The translations under genes and the position numbers were made by a program. The notes beneath the pieces were generated by a model. That model was not told where the DNA came from. It was given only the letters and a program-made list of their open reading frames with translations, and made no database searches. A stretch of 59,581 nt of DNA, counting the filler, from Dirinaria sp. TL-2023a (taxonomy: Eukaryota): NCBI GenBank assembly GCA_051941275.1. It is 2 parts of 2 records of this genome, joined end to end, with 100 filler letters (N's around TTAATTAATTAA, not from the genome) between each part and the next. Parts side by side here need not be neighbours in the genome. Positions count along the whole stretch, not along the records: positions 29,921 to 59,581 come from JAVEBF010000112.1; 1 more part is not named here. One strand, given 5' to 3'. Positions 35,253 to 46,519 of this stretch are shown here, piece by piece; the first letter of the stretch is position 1, and the number at the start of each line of letters is the position of its first letter.

Positions 35253-36752
35253 TTAACCAGCCTGGTACAGACCTAGGGCACGGACATGCGGGTTGATCAT
35301 CGACAAGTTGAACGGAGTGAGGAATAGATTGGAATCCGTGATCGCAACGAACATGGTGCCATTGGCTGCTGGGTCACCTTCGTAAACAAAACTCTCTGGT
35401 TGATAGGTGAAACCGGTATTGGGGCCAGTCACTGTCAGGTCCGTGTAGGTCAAGTTAAGTTGCGATACCCAAGCGGCATACTTAGGAACGCCGGCAGCCG
35501 TCGCTGTGATATAGCTGTTGTTGGGGCCAACGCCTTGACCCGGGTTCTCCCATTCGAAGAGAACTTTCTTGCCTGGGAAAGACAAGGGCTCCGATTTATT
35601 GCGGCTTATGGATGGGCCGCACCCGACGCCGGTAATATTTAGGTGCTCGCAGCTTTGATCCTCGGGCAAGGTGGGTGTGGAGATGCTAGGATCCGCAATG
35701 CGGTCACCAGTCGTCTCATTGAGAGCAGTGTCGTTTGGTGAGAAGCGGTTGACGTTGGCGCTGTTCAGAATGTGAAGGGTTGGGAAATTCTGCCATGCTA
35801 GACGGGTCGTATTCGCTGGACAAGAGGAAATGTATGGTGCCAGATAAGTCCAAGACCAACTCTGAGGAATGCCGGTCTCGAACCAGACCGGATAAGGGTG
35901 TAGGCCAGTCATCTGGCGGAAGCTCATCTGTTGGCGCGCTTCGGTGGCAATCGATTGCGCGAGCAATTGTCCGACCTCTCGAGAGTCTAAGTGATTGATA
36001 AACCCCCACACACCCGACTCACCCCAGCGGGTCAGGCGCTGGTTAAAATCGACGAACTCGCGAACAGTACGGTAGGGGTAGTTGTAGGTGCATTGCACTG
36101 GCGCACGCTCGCCCAGCATATTCGTGAGGAGGGTGGCGTGACCAGTCTCTTGGTGGGCCATGAACTCGATCAGCGAACGGTCTTCGGGTGTCAGGCCAGC
36201 TTTTACGAAATCTTCTTCGGTGAATGTGGCGAGGCCATTATTGAATAGGTCAAGCTCAATCCATTCTTGATAGAGCCCCAGAGCGATGGATTCAAAGTCG
36301 AAATCGCTGTTTACTTGATATCGCGGTAGAGAGCCGTTCGTTCCCAATCCACCGGCAGGTGTGTATGGCGCCGGCATTGCATTTAAGGGCACACCAGCGC
36401 TGTTGTAATAGGTCGCAGTCGGATTAGGGGGAAGCGTTCCCACGGAAGCCGCAAGTGTGGTTGGAGCTTTGGCAGCGCCAGTCGTCGTGGGTGTACCGGA
36501 GTAAGGACCATGGCTCGTCGGTCCTGTCAGTACACTGCTGACTCTTGGGGGGGCGAGTCCAGCGGTGGGGACGATGGCAGAAATCTGCGAGTCAGGAGCG
36601 AAACTGGTGGCAAAGGATTGGCCTGAAGCTGCACTGCTGGCGGTGATATGGATAGCGCCAGTGTAGCCCGTCTCAGGATTGCCACCTTGAGGTGCGGGAG
36701 CTGCAGCAGCCAGCGCTGCAAGCGACGCTGGTATAATGGCCCTGTTAAGCAT
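35253..36752 (-). CDS. rds1: Rds1-like secreted ferritin-like-domain stress protein
   Basis: Signal peptide, S/T/P-rich stalk, then SDFDFESIALGLYQEWIELDLF, QE.GHA.LL.N.LG, TRWGESGVWGF..HLDSR, EARQQM.FRQ. Confidence 0.85.
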   Translation of the reverse strand: MLNRAIIPASLAALAAAAPAPQGGNPETGYTGAIHITASSAASGQSFATSFAPDSQISAIVPTAGLAPPRVSSVLTGPTSHGPYSGTPTTTGAAKAPTTLAASVGTLPPNPTATYYNSAGVPLNAMPAPYTPAGGLGTNGSLPRYQVNSDFDFESIALGLYQEWIELDLFNNGLATFTEEDFVKAGLTPEDRSLIEFMAHQETGHATLLTNMLGERAPVQCTYNYPYRTVREFVDFNQRLTRWGESGVWGFINHLDSREVGQLLAQSIATEARQQMSFRQMTGLHPYPVWFETGIPQSWSWTYLAPYISSCPANTTRLAWQNFPTLHILNSANVNRFSPNDTALNETTGDRIADPSISTPTLPEDQSCEHLNITGVGCGPSISRNKSEPLSFPGKKVLFEWENPGQGVGPNNSYITATAAGVPKYAAWVSQLNLTYTDLTVTGPNTGFTYQPESFVYEGDPAANGTMFVAITDSNLFLTPFNLSMINPHVRALGLYQAG

Positions 36753-38392
36753 ATTGAAGAAGGAGGCTCGAAAATAACGATGCGATGGAAGAAGAAGAAT
36801 GTGAAGATGCAGGAGAATGAGAATATATATCTTACCCTACCTACTCCTACCTCCCTCAAGCTATGCCGGGATGCCGTAGGAAGGTGCATCTTGACCACTT
36901 ACTTTTGGGATGGCAAAGGCGCCGAAATCCGGGGAATACGGTTGAGATGATGACCTCACCGACGACTATTTGAGGGGAGCATGGCCCTGGCGTGGTTCTG
37001 TTGCCATGAGGTTCCGAACTCTACGGGTGGCGAAGGCGAGGAGAGTGCGTGTCCTCGACCTCGCTTGCGTACATGCACAGGTAAAGCTTCCTTCTGCGAG
37101 TGCCATGTAGGGCACCCGAGCTCGATGATTCGTTGACGATGACGATACGAAATCGCAATTCCCAAAGACCGGCTGCATTAGTGATTCCCAATGTGATCAA
37201 TCCTTGAAAAGCTTGCGCAGAGATTTCTGTACTTTACCGTCACTCGTGAGCTAAGAGATCTAAGGCTGTGGAGATGATGATGAACTACTGACGTAACCGT
37301 AGACAGGGTTTTAATTTTCCGCCAAGCTTACACAGTACATTCCCTACCGCACATCTGCATGTCAGACAATCCCCCATGGCCAAAATCCTAAGGTAAAGTA
37401 CCTCATGGATCCCCATTGGTACTGTAAAGGTAAGGTATTCGTGCGGTGAGAAATCTCATTCCGACACACCGACACCTACCTTAAGGTAAGGTACCCAGGT
37501 AAACAGGGAAATCTTCGGCGAAGGAGCCCTGACCTGACTTGTATCACAGGCCGAGAGGACCATCGGCATCTACTCTCAAGTTGGCCGCTCCTCTGCTGCT
37601 ATGCCTCAAAACAACCTGTAATGACTACAATGATAGTTCTGAACCGGAAATTGCGGTTGATCAACTGCCTGACATGTACTGTAGGACGAGGCGCTTTTGG
37701 TTGCGCTTCCGTTACTGTCCGAATAACTACTTTAATGTGACTCCCCGCTAGGCCGCGGGCCAGTATTCCGGCAGATCGACATAACGGGTGCTTACATTAC
37801 CTGATCCATTCCTGATCCTGGTCGATGGTGATCCTTGGCAGCATGACGAGTACTCGTACAAGCCTTTCTCAATCCAAGACTCGCCTAGAATTTCTCAATT
37901 ATATAAGCGATCCTTGGATCCCTTGGTACTTGCTCGAGCAGTTCCTTTGTAGGTCTCCGGAAGTCATGCAAAAAATTTGATGAGCATCCGCTTGTATTCC
38001 ACAGTGCCATGGCTGGGATGCGCTTGGGACTGATTTCGACCTGGCAAGATGCTGCGGTAGAAGAATCAAGCAATTGAAAAGATGAAGGTTCCGGAGATGC
38101 TCCGAAACCGTTTGAGTGTGGCGAAGGGCTGATTTAAGCCTCTTTGGCGGCACGCCATGTGCTTCGCAGAGCTGTTGCTCCTATTTTCCGGCACCCAGTG
38201 TTGTCAGTGGGATATAATTTATCTCATAAGGTTCGGTTCATAATGGTGCTGGTACAATGGTGTAGTGGGTAAGTTCTCATTCTCTAGATTGATGTTCCAG
38301 CTGTCAGGGATCGCGAAACATAATTGAAGTTCCAACAAGCGTTTCAGTGGTGGTTGGTACGATGTCCGATACCATTGGAGTCTTCGATTTTA

Positions 38393-40238
38393 TCATCTGG
38401 GCTTGCGGCCTTCGTGATCGCTGCCGTCGTTCTTTTTCGCAATGTAACGCGCGTTGATAACCTCAACTGTCTCCATTCTGGGCTTCTCCATTACAGCGGT
38501 ATACTTACCCACCAACCTGGTGCCATCTCCGCCAGCGAAGACCTTTTGGCTGCCCCGAAAGCTCGGCCTTGGAGCTTGCCTCCAGTGCTTCTGGCCTTGC
38601 CCAACCATGACATCGATGAGTGTTCCCGCGAGCACTTCATCCATCTTGTGCCGCCGCCACACTTGCCACATGTCACTGATGAGGCCTCCGAGGCCGTACT
38701 TACCGTCACCACCTTTCGCACTACCTGCTCTGACGATACCGGTCTCGTACCCTGTATAGTCGCCAACATAGACCCATTCGAGTGCATCCGTCCCCGGGTC
38801 ACCATCATTACTTGGGAAGATGCAGTCCCAAAGTACGAGGGGAGCGTCGTCAGCCATCTCATATTGTGGTTTTCGAGGGTTCTCTGATACATCAAGAAGC
38901 TCGTCAATTAGAGAGGGCGCCTCAAGCCCCTGTCCAATCAAGAAAAGAATTGCGACCATGTGCCTGACTTGATGCCACAAAAAGGCCGACCCATGGAGAG
39001 TGAATACGAAAATTCTTGGCACATACGTCGTTACTGCAGGTGTGTCACCGCTAGCTATTCTGGTTCCGCCATCCCGATACTCTTGAAACCCTTGTGAGCC
39101 GACGTACCCTACAGGGCTTTTCTGGTGGTCAAGCTCTTCAACACCTGAGTAGAAAATCCTGCGCTCAAAATTTTCAATTTGCTTGCTGGGATCTACCTTG
39201 CAAAAATTGCGGAAGTCATGCAATCCCTCGAATTTCTTCGCGGCATCTCTCATGGCTTGCAGGTCAAGCCACCCTTCTCTCCTTTGTCTATCTGAGCTGT
39301 TGATGGCTGCTGAAGGAAATGTAAAACCCTGTTCGCCTATGCTGGGGGTGAAGGCAGGCTGCGTGAAGAAATACTTATAGCGGCGCTCTTTGCAGGAGAA
39401 GCGGGCAGAGAAGTCTTTCGGTGGCGATGGGCACCAGGCCAAGACGCGTATGTCAGGAGGCAGAAGTCGATTTAGGACTTGCGGATAAGGTATTTCGTCA
39501 TTGATGGAATCGAACGAGTGGGTTTTGCCACTGGATAACTCCACGGATGAAGAAGGAGTAGGTATATCCTCAGCGCTAGCTTCTACTGCAGGAATAGTCG
39601 TTTGCGCATCCACTGTACTCTGATCATGATCATTCTTCGTGTCGGATGCGTGAGCCACTCCTCCCTGCTCCAGCACGTCTGTACGAAGAGGCCGGTTACT
39701 CCTGACTTTGATACCAATCACCTGCCCAAAAGCACTGACACCTCGATCCGTTCTTCCGCACTTGGAGTACTCGCATCCCTCCCAGTTAATCTCACCATCC
39801 TGTTTAGACGGATCATGTGTAGGAAAGATGAGTCGCGCTTTGTTCAGCGCATTCCATAAAGCCTCCTCCACAGTTGGCAGCGGCGTCTTGTTGTTGGGGT
39901 GGTACTCAAGGCCGTTGTAGTTCTGGCCTAAGTAGGCAAATTTGAGGGCAATAAGCCGGGTGGAGTATCGAGAAGGGTCGAACTCACGGTTGGCTCGAGG
40001 CTTCCTTGGACGTAGTGGAGGAGTAGTAGTATTGTGAGGTTTGAGAGCGGCTACGGAGGCTTTGTACCTGACAGTCTTCAGCCATTGATTGCATGGGAAT
40101 TGCAGCCAGGGGAAGGGGGCAAGTGAAAGCTGCAACTCACGTCTCGGTCTGGTTTCTCAATTCCTTCTCCAAAGCACCGATTCGCGCAATCAGGTCCTCT
40201 TTGGGCCACTCGGTGTAAAGTGTCCTAGGAGGTGCCAT
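38393..40238 (-). CDS. DEG1: tRNA pseudouridine(38/39) synthase (TruA family); exons 40238-40141, 40067-38393
   Basis: FDPSRYSTRLIALKFAYLG, YSKCGRTDRGVSAFGQV (catalytic Asp), FSARFSC.ERRYKY, HDFRNFCK, GSAFLWHQVR, PLVLWDC.F. Confidence 0.93.
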
Positions 40239-41123
40239 TTCGTTCCACGTCCAGTGAAGGCTACGGCGGGCATGCTTTGGGTGGATCGTGGCTACCTTCA
40301 ATCTCGCATAGGCATAGCTGGAGTGACGCCAATGTGAGATTGCAAGCATCTGCCCAGCTGAACCAATCGGAATAATTTGAAGTCCTGGAGAAGGGGGGAA
40401 AAAACAAATAAAGGGATGTGTGAGCTACCTTAGGGCGGGTGTGAGTAGCCGCTGTGGCCGCGGCCTTGGCGGCATGGCGAGTACGAGTACTCGTACCTCG
40501 TACCCGGCCGATCGACTATCACGCAACGTCGGTCCCTACTTGAGGTTGCTCTGTATTGCTTACTTGGGTGAAATGACCGTGTGAAGAACTTTTACGATAG
40601 CCATGATCTCACGCTAGTCTATCAATCCACTTCAAGAAATATATTCGACAACGCCAAACAATCCTCCACATTTATGAGCACACAGACACTCTACATCATT
40701 CAAGTGGATCGGCGTCGAAACAGGCAGGCAGACCTCTGAACCGACCTTGCGCGGAGAGTCACAATAATAGGCCGGAGTAATAATAGAATAAACGCTGTTG
40801 GTCTCGAAACCGTGGTCGGGGGGGAGGCTTTTTTTCAGCTGAGATGAATGAACCCGACATCCAATGTACTCTAGTTCTTAGCATAACTAGCCGAAGATGT
40901 TACGCATGTCCGGTAGTTTTTAAGTGGTTCCGGGGGGCAAGTCCAGTCAACCGCGGCATTAGCGGCGCTGATCCCGCTGGCCAAGCCTTAACTAAATTGC
41001 CACCCCCAGATGGTAAGGTAACTGGCGCACCCTCTAGTCGCATTTACTTGTACATCAGTAAACGCAGATTTTGCAAGACCATCTGTTCACAACTGCGTGC
41101 AGTATCGCGCTTCCACGGTTCAC

Positions 41124-41741
41124 TCACGCCTGGGGTTTCTGTTCTCCCCGGAACGACAGACGCATACTGCTATCAAATTTCATCCCGGGCAGAATGTAGA
41201 CGAGAGTCGATCCTGTGCCGTCGGTTTTGATGATGGTTCCTCCTTCCACAAAGCCAATCTTCTGCGCCACTCGAATGGACCGTGGATTCTCGATTCCAGG
41301 CCAGGCTATGATTTCATCAATGCCCAAATCCTCTCTCGCCATCCTCAGCACCTCTTTTCCTGCTTCGGCCGCATATCCCTGGCCCATGAATTGCTCGAGG
41401 ATACACCATCCCAGATCCGGTGGTGTAGACGCTGCTCGCTGCACTAACGTTACAAATCCCATCAGTGGGCCCGATTCGTGGCCCAGCCGCATAAGGTAGT
41501 AGACATCGGTATCTGGAGTCCGCCCTTGGCAGGCAGATCGTGAGAGCCGGATGCCAGAGTTGAGGGCATCAAGTTGTGCAGGCGTTCGGATCCCGCGATC
41601 GCCCATGTCGGCAAGCGCAGTCGGACTATTGATTGCCGCGAGCATGCAATCATAATGTGAATTTGAATGGTCAAATAACTCGAGTGAGAGGCGGTCAGTA
41701 GAGAGCAAAGTCGGCAAGACTGCTTTGAGAGAGCCCATCAT
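41124..41741 (-). CDS. GNAT N-acetyltransferase (RimJ/RimL-like)
   Basis: L.TDRLSLE, PPDLGW.IL..FMGQGYAAEAG, N.RSIRVAQKIGF. Intronless. Confidence 0.88.
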   Translation of the reverse strand: MMGSLKAVLPTLLSTDRLSLELFDHSNSHYDCMLAAINSPTALADMGDRGIRTPAQLDALNSGIRLSRSACQGRTPDTDVYYLMRLGHESGPLMGFVTLVQRAASTPPDLGWCILEQFMGQGYAAEAGKEVLRMAREDLGIDEIIAWPGIENPRSIRVAQKIGFVEGGTIIKTDGTGSTLVYILPGMKFDSSMRLSFRGEQKPQA

Positions 41742-42624
41742 TCGATCGTAGAACGGCTTCTGATGGCCTTGCAGCGGTTTTTTAATCAGGCGAAATCTTC
41801 AAAAACGTTCGAGCAAGAATTTCTAGGCTAGAGTCCCCAATATCGAGACCCAAGAGCTGTTTAGGTCACAGACAAATCATGTTCATGCCAACTCACAGTA
41901 CCTTCCTAACTCGCAGTGAGCGAAACAATTCGATCACTAATCACTAGCCGAGAGCGCTCTCGGCCTCGTCGACTTCTTGCATATATCTCTGTTCTTATCT
42001 ATCTTACGGACTTTTCTTCTTCGAAGATGCTGTTGATGCCTTGTTGAAGTTATGGCCCCAAATAAATCAATAAAATAGTCATAAGCTGCATTACTGTCGG
42101 TGGGTCAAAGCGAGAAGCGACTTAATGAGACGCTCTTGGCTCACCGCAGAGCCCGAGTATCACTTCGAAATCATGCTCTCTTCTGAATCGTAGATGATTG
42201 CATAAGTAGATAAATAAAATGACTATTAAGTTTTCAGTTTTCCATCCTGTTGAAACAAATTAGGAAATAATATTCTGTAAATGGCTGGTCAACGCGTTGT
42301 GAACTGCGAGACACCTCAGATCATCTCAGATATGACGTCACAGTGTGTCTCGCTAGTACCGTAATCGTACCTACCTTACCCTACCATTTGAAGCAGGATC
42401 AACCCTCTCATTTAGACTTGTTGTAGCGCACTCAATCGTGGGTGCCGAAGATCGTCAATTGCTTACTAGAATGATTTTTATCCTGGGGAGGGCGTCAATG
42501 CTCGTCGACTGAGTCGCGTGCATGTATCATACCCCGCCTCCGCCAAAGCTACGCCCGAGGAACGCGGCAAAGGACGTTCGAGTCAACCGCCTCTTCAGTA
42601 TCCCTTGAAGCATGTTGCAAGCAA

Positions 42625-43343
42625 ATGGATAATACAGAGACACCAACAGCGACCATCCTATTACTTGGGGACCCAAGCTGTGGCAAGACGACATTTCTAT
42701 CGTATGTATGCCCAACCTCCATCCATACTTGCCCACATTGCCGCATAGCTGATCCAGAATGAGGACTTTATAGACGTCTCAGCCACGGGATTCCAGAGGG
42801 TCGAAGCACACTGCCCGTAGGCTTTCAGCTTCTTCGAGATCTCGACCAACCTTTTCCTTTCGATATCAAGCTGTACAACCGCCCCTACCGCTTCGAATTT
42901 TACGACACCGGGTCTCCCACGAATTACACGCTCCTCACGCCGGATTTCGTCATCCTCTGCTACGACGTCAGTAATCGAAGGAGCTTAGTCAATGCGCAAG
43001 AGGTATGGCGGAAGGTTGCGGCGAGGCATTACAGGCAGGAAGACGACGATGTACCGATCATGTTATTAGGCTTGAAGCGTGATTTAAGAGTTGAAGGACC
43101 GGAACTGATAGATCCATTGGAGGTTCGTTGGCTGCTGTAGAAACTTCGATCCGTCGCCGTTGCGACTAATTGCTTTTCTAGGGCTTGAGGATTGCTCAAG
43201 AAATGCGCTGCGATCGCTATGCAGAATGTTCCGCTATGACCGGAGAGTTGATGCGAGAGGTCATGCAGGACGTTGCGAAAACTGCAGCGAAGACTACGAC
43301 AGAAGGGGGAGGGCTCTCGCAAGGAGGCTGTGGTGTCATGTGA
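42625..43343 (+). CDS. Atypical Rho-like small GTPase; exons 42625-42701, 42774-43122, 43182-43343
   Basis: Not in the ORF track as one piece. Spliced product has G1 ILLLGDPSCGKTTFL, G3 FYDTGSP, G4 LGLKRDLR, G5 YAECSA and a CAAX box (CGVM*). Confidence 0.9.
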
Positions 43344-43388
43344 GATAGGGCACCTAGAGCGACAATACAGTCCTGGTCTCCTTGGATG

Positions 43389-46190
43389 TCATGGTGGACT
43401 GGTCAAATCCACGACGCCAACACTGGAGAAGACTCTTGTTGGTCCTCTCCTTCTGTCAGAGGGCTCTGCGTCACGCCATTTGCCTTCGAGGCTGTCTCGA
43501 AGCATAATAAGTCTTCCAGTTCTCCTTCTTCCTTTGGTTGGAGAAGGTGACGTGCTCAAGAAGGCAACGTCAGCCTTGGAGCGATCGGAGTCTTTTTCTT
43601 GTGATTGAAACAGCGGAGCCGGACATGAGAGCAAAGAGTTTACACTTGTTGGTGACGTCTCTAGTAGCGACGCTTCGATGCCAAAATCCAGCCTCTGGCC
43701 CACTTTTTGAGCCTCGCCGCTCTTATGGTGAATGTAAGCCTCCAGACCGTCAAGTACGTTCTCTTCCGATCCTTGCATATGGAATGCCCTGGTGGTACGT
43801 AATACAGGATCCTCGTTATGCGGGTGGGGAACGTCAGGATCTGGTCTATCTGTACACTTCAAGCGCGGATTCTGCTCTGGACGTATAAGATCAACGACAT
43901 CGTTGGTGCCGCTCGGAGCCGTATACGTTCTCGTCAGGGTCTTGTTCTTCTTTTTCCGCCTTACTGTGATATTCCTGTCAATCGATGAAGCTGACAATGG
44001 CCTGTCATGCTTTTGGGGCGTCGTGGGAGGAGACAGATCAACTAGCGGCGCTTCTTCAATTTGCTGTTCGCCTAGAGTTTCTGTGCCAGTGCCGCCTTCG
44101 ACTTCAGAAGGATAGATACCTAACGCTGAGTATCTAGTGCCAGGCGGTATTTCGATGTCAAAGGTATCTGATGGCCGCTTCGCCAGGGTCCATGGATTGA
44201 TAGTCAGCCTAGTTTTTGATGATACAATGAGATCATTGCTTGGGGCTACTTGGTGAGCTTTGGTGGAATCGTTCGATATGAGCTTATTGGTAGAAGCCTG
44301 ACATTTGCGTCCGACTTTCGTCCTTTCGTCCCTTGTACTACTACCCGCGCTATTCGTTGCGCGCCATGCCTCAGCTTTTTGAGTTGGCTTTGCAGGTCGT
44401 CCTTGATCAATGCCTTTCGATGAAGGGCCCAGAACGTCGTTGAGAGGATGGCGCAGAACTCCCGCTTTTGACACCTTGACGAACGCATCCAGCGCCCCCG
44501 GTTTCATGCCCCCTTTCGCTAACGCTTTCTTCTCTCGGGCCTTTCGTGTTGCGAACATTCTGGGTTCACGCTGTTCCTCTTTCCATGTTTCCCACATCAG
44601 GGGTACCCCAAGCTTGACGAACGATTCCAGGATCCAAATCTTTTCTTGCTCACCCGGATCATAACGAGTACGTGACCTTGATTTTGACGGTGTAGCTGGG
44701 AGTTCAGGGTTTTCGGAGTCAGAGTCATGGCATGCCGGTCCAGATGTTACATTGTCTCTTGATGCATCATCACCATCTTCTTCTTGTTCCAGATCTAGAT
44801 CCACGATATCAGCTGGTATATAAGCAATCCGAAGCTCTGACTGTCCATCTGCTACCACATGATGCCGTTGTCCGCAAATAGCTTTGACGAGCGTCGCCTC
44901 CTGTCGCCCCTGTCTTGTCAAATCATCCGAATCATTAAATCCTCCCTCACTCATTTTGCATAGTCGATAGGCGATGAGCTTTGGTGCAATGGTACGAATA
45001 AACTTCTTTGCGCCCGAGAGATTCGACCAGCCAAAAGCATCCGCTACAAATCTACGTAACCCGGGAATGTCGATTGGCTTGTCCCAGTTCAAGGAAGCAA
45101 ACAAATTTTGTAGCGGTTCTTTTGCAGATACTACTGGATTCACATAAAGCGCTAAAATTTCTTTCTGCGGGAAGTCTTTGGGGATTAAAATGCTCTTATG
45201 TCGCCGTCCAAAGTAGCCTCCCTCGTTGGTCTCAAGTTCGTGCTTGAGCCAATCTCTCCATTCTTGAAGCGCAGCCTCATCCTCTGGCGCTATTTTGAGT
45301 AGCTCGTCCGCGAATCCTGCCTTCGCGACTTCACTTGAGGACCATCGAGTCAGCATAATCCTTCCTCGTTTTACCGCCACAGGAGCAAACAATGATCCCC
45401 AGAGTAGCACTCTCGAAAATGCTCTCACAACTCTTTGAAGCTACTAAAAAGTAGGGTTTCAGGAGAGGGAAAACAAGACTTTACTCACCACGCGATGGTA
45501 GGGCCGCATCCTGGTATGCCGTCCGGGTCATAGTCGCCACCACTCATGAGCGCCACAAGGATCATGCCGTTGCTACTCAACCTGGTCTTTTTCATAATAT
45601 CCTCTGCCGTGTACACATTGACATGCGTAGGTTCTTTATTACCTTTGGTGACCTCGCTCGACCAGTTACGCAGCAGCATCCCACATCCGAACATTAGCGT
45701 GTCTACATCTTCACTGAGAACAGCATCTACAATGCCTTCTTTCTGTAGCAGCGCACACTCTGCCTCTGCTTCTCCCGGTGCGACATGATAGGGAAATCCT
45801 ACGAGCTTCAGGAGTTGCTTCGACAAGGCATCAGCGATGGAATACCCATAATACCCGCGCTCCTGTTTCCGTTTGAAAGCAGGCTTTTGAGGTCCATCAA
45901 AAACAAAGAGAGGCTTTATCCCTAGTCCTAGGAGTCTAAGAAGGCGGTAATAGAACGTCCGTAAAGCAGGATTGGAGCCTCCTTCGCCCAATTGCGTCTG
46001 AAAATTCCATATGGAAATATCAATGGCCACCCGCAGTGGGCGACAGTGTTTCTCATAATGTTCAGCCGATAGCTTCGAAAGCGCTATTCGCTGACCCGGG
46101 CCAAGTTGGTTGTATATACTATCGTAAATCAGCCTCAGCTTACATGTCATGACTTAGGTCTCATAGAAATGTATACCCAGGTATCCCCAT
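43389..46190 (-). CDS. YEN1: XPG/Rad2-family Holliday junction resolvase Yen1/GEN1; exons 46190-46177, 46118-45489, 45333-43389
   Basis: MGIPG start, RVAIDISIW, FVFDG, APGEAEAECA, SEDVDTLMFG, SGGDY...GIPGCG, fungal GEN1-type ELRIAYIPADIV..DL and C-terminal LRDSLEG.W. Confidence 0.9.
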
Positions 46191-46519
46191 TCGAGCAAAG
46201 CATCTTTTTACAATCCCAAGCTATTTATCCAAAGTAGGCGAACAAGCAACAATAATAAAAGGAGCAGAAAGCATATGCGGTGAAGTCAGAAGCAAGAATG
46301 CAATAATGAGGAAGGTATGGAGAGGCTTGTCTTCAGTACCTTAGTGTTTACGAATAACATTATTTGGCGGACCGAGGTTTCCCCGACAATTTCACTTCGA
46401 AGGGCAATAATAGCTCGGATGCAACAGTTGCTTTGAGGGCTGGCTGTTTCTGGCTGAAGACAGGATTAGACAACTCTCAATAGTATGATACGTTGTATGG
46501 GTTGGGCGTTGGTGTGACT

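Noticed and set aside
37885..38160. Possible pseudogene fragment downstream of DEG1
   Set aside because: No frame resembles a family I recognise.
41124..41741. Bacterial horizontal transfer of the intronless GNAT
   Set aside because: This GNAT type is common in filamentous fungi and its composition is not anomalous; would need a phylogeny.
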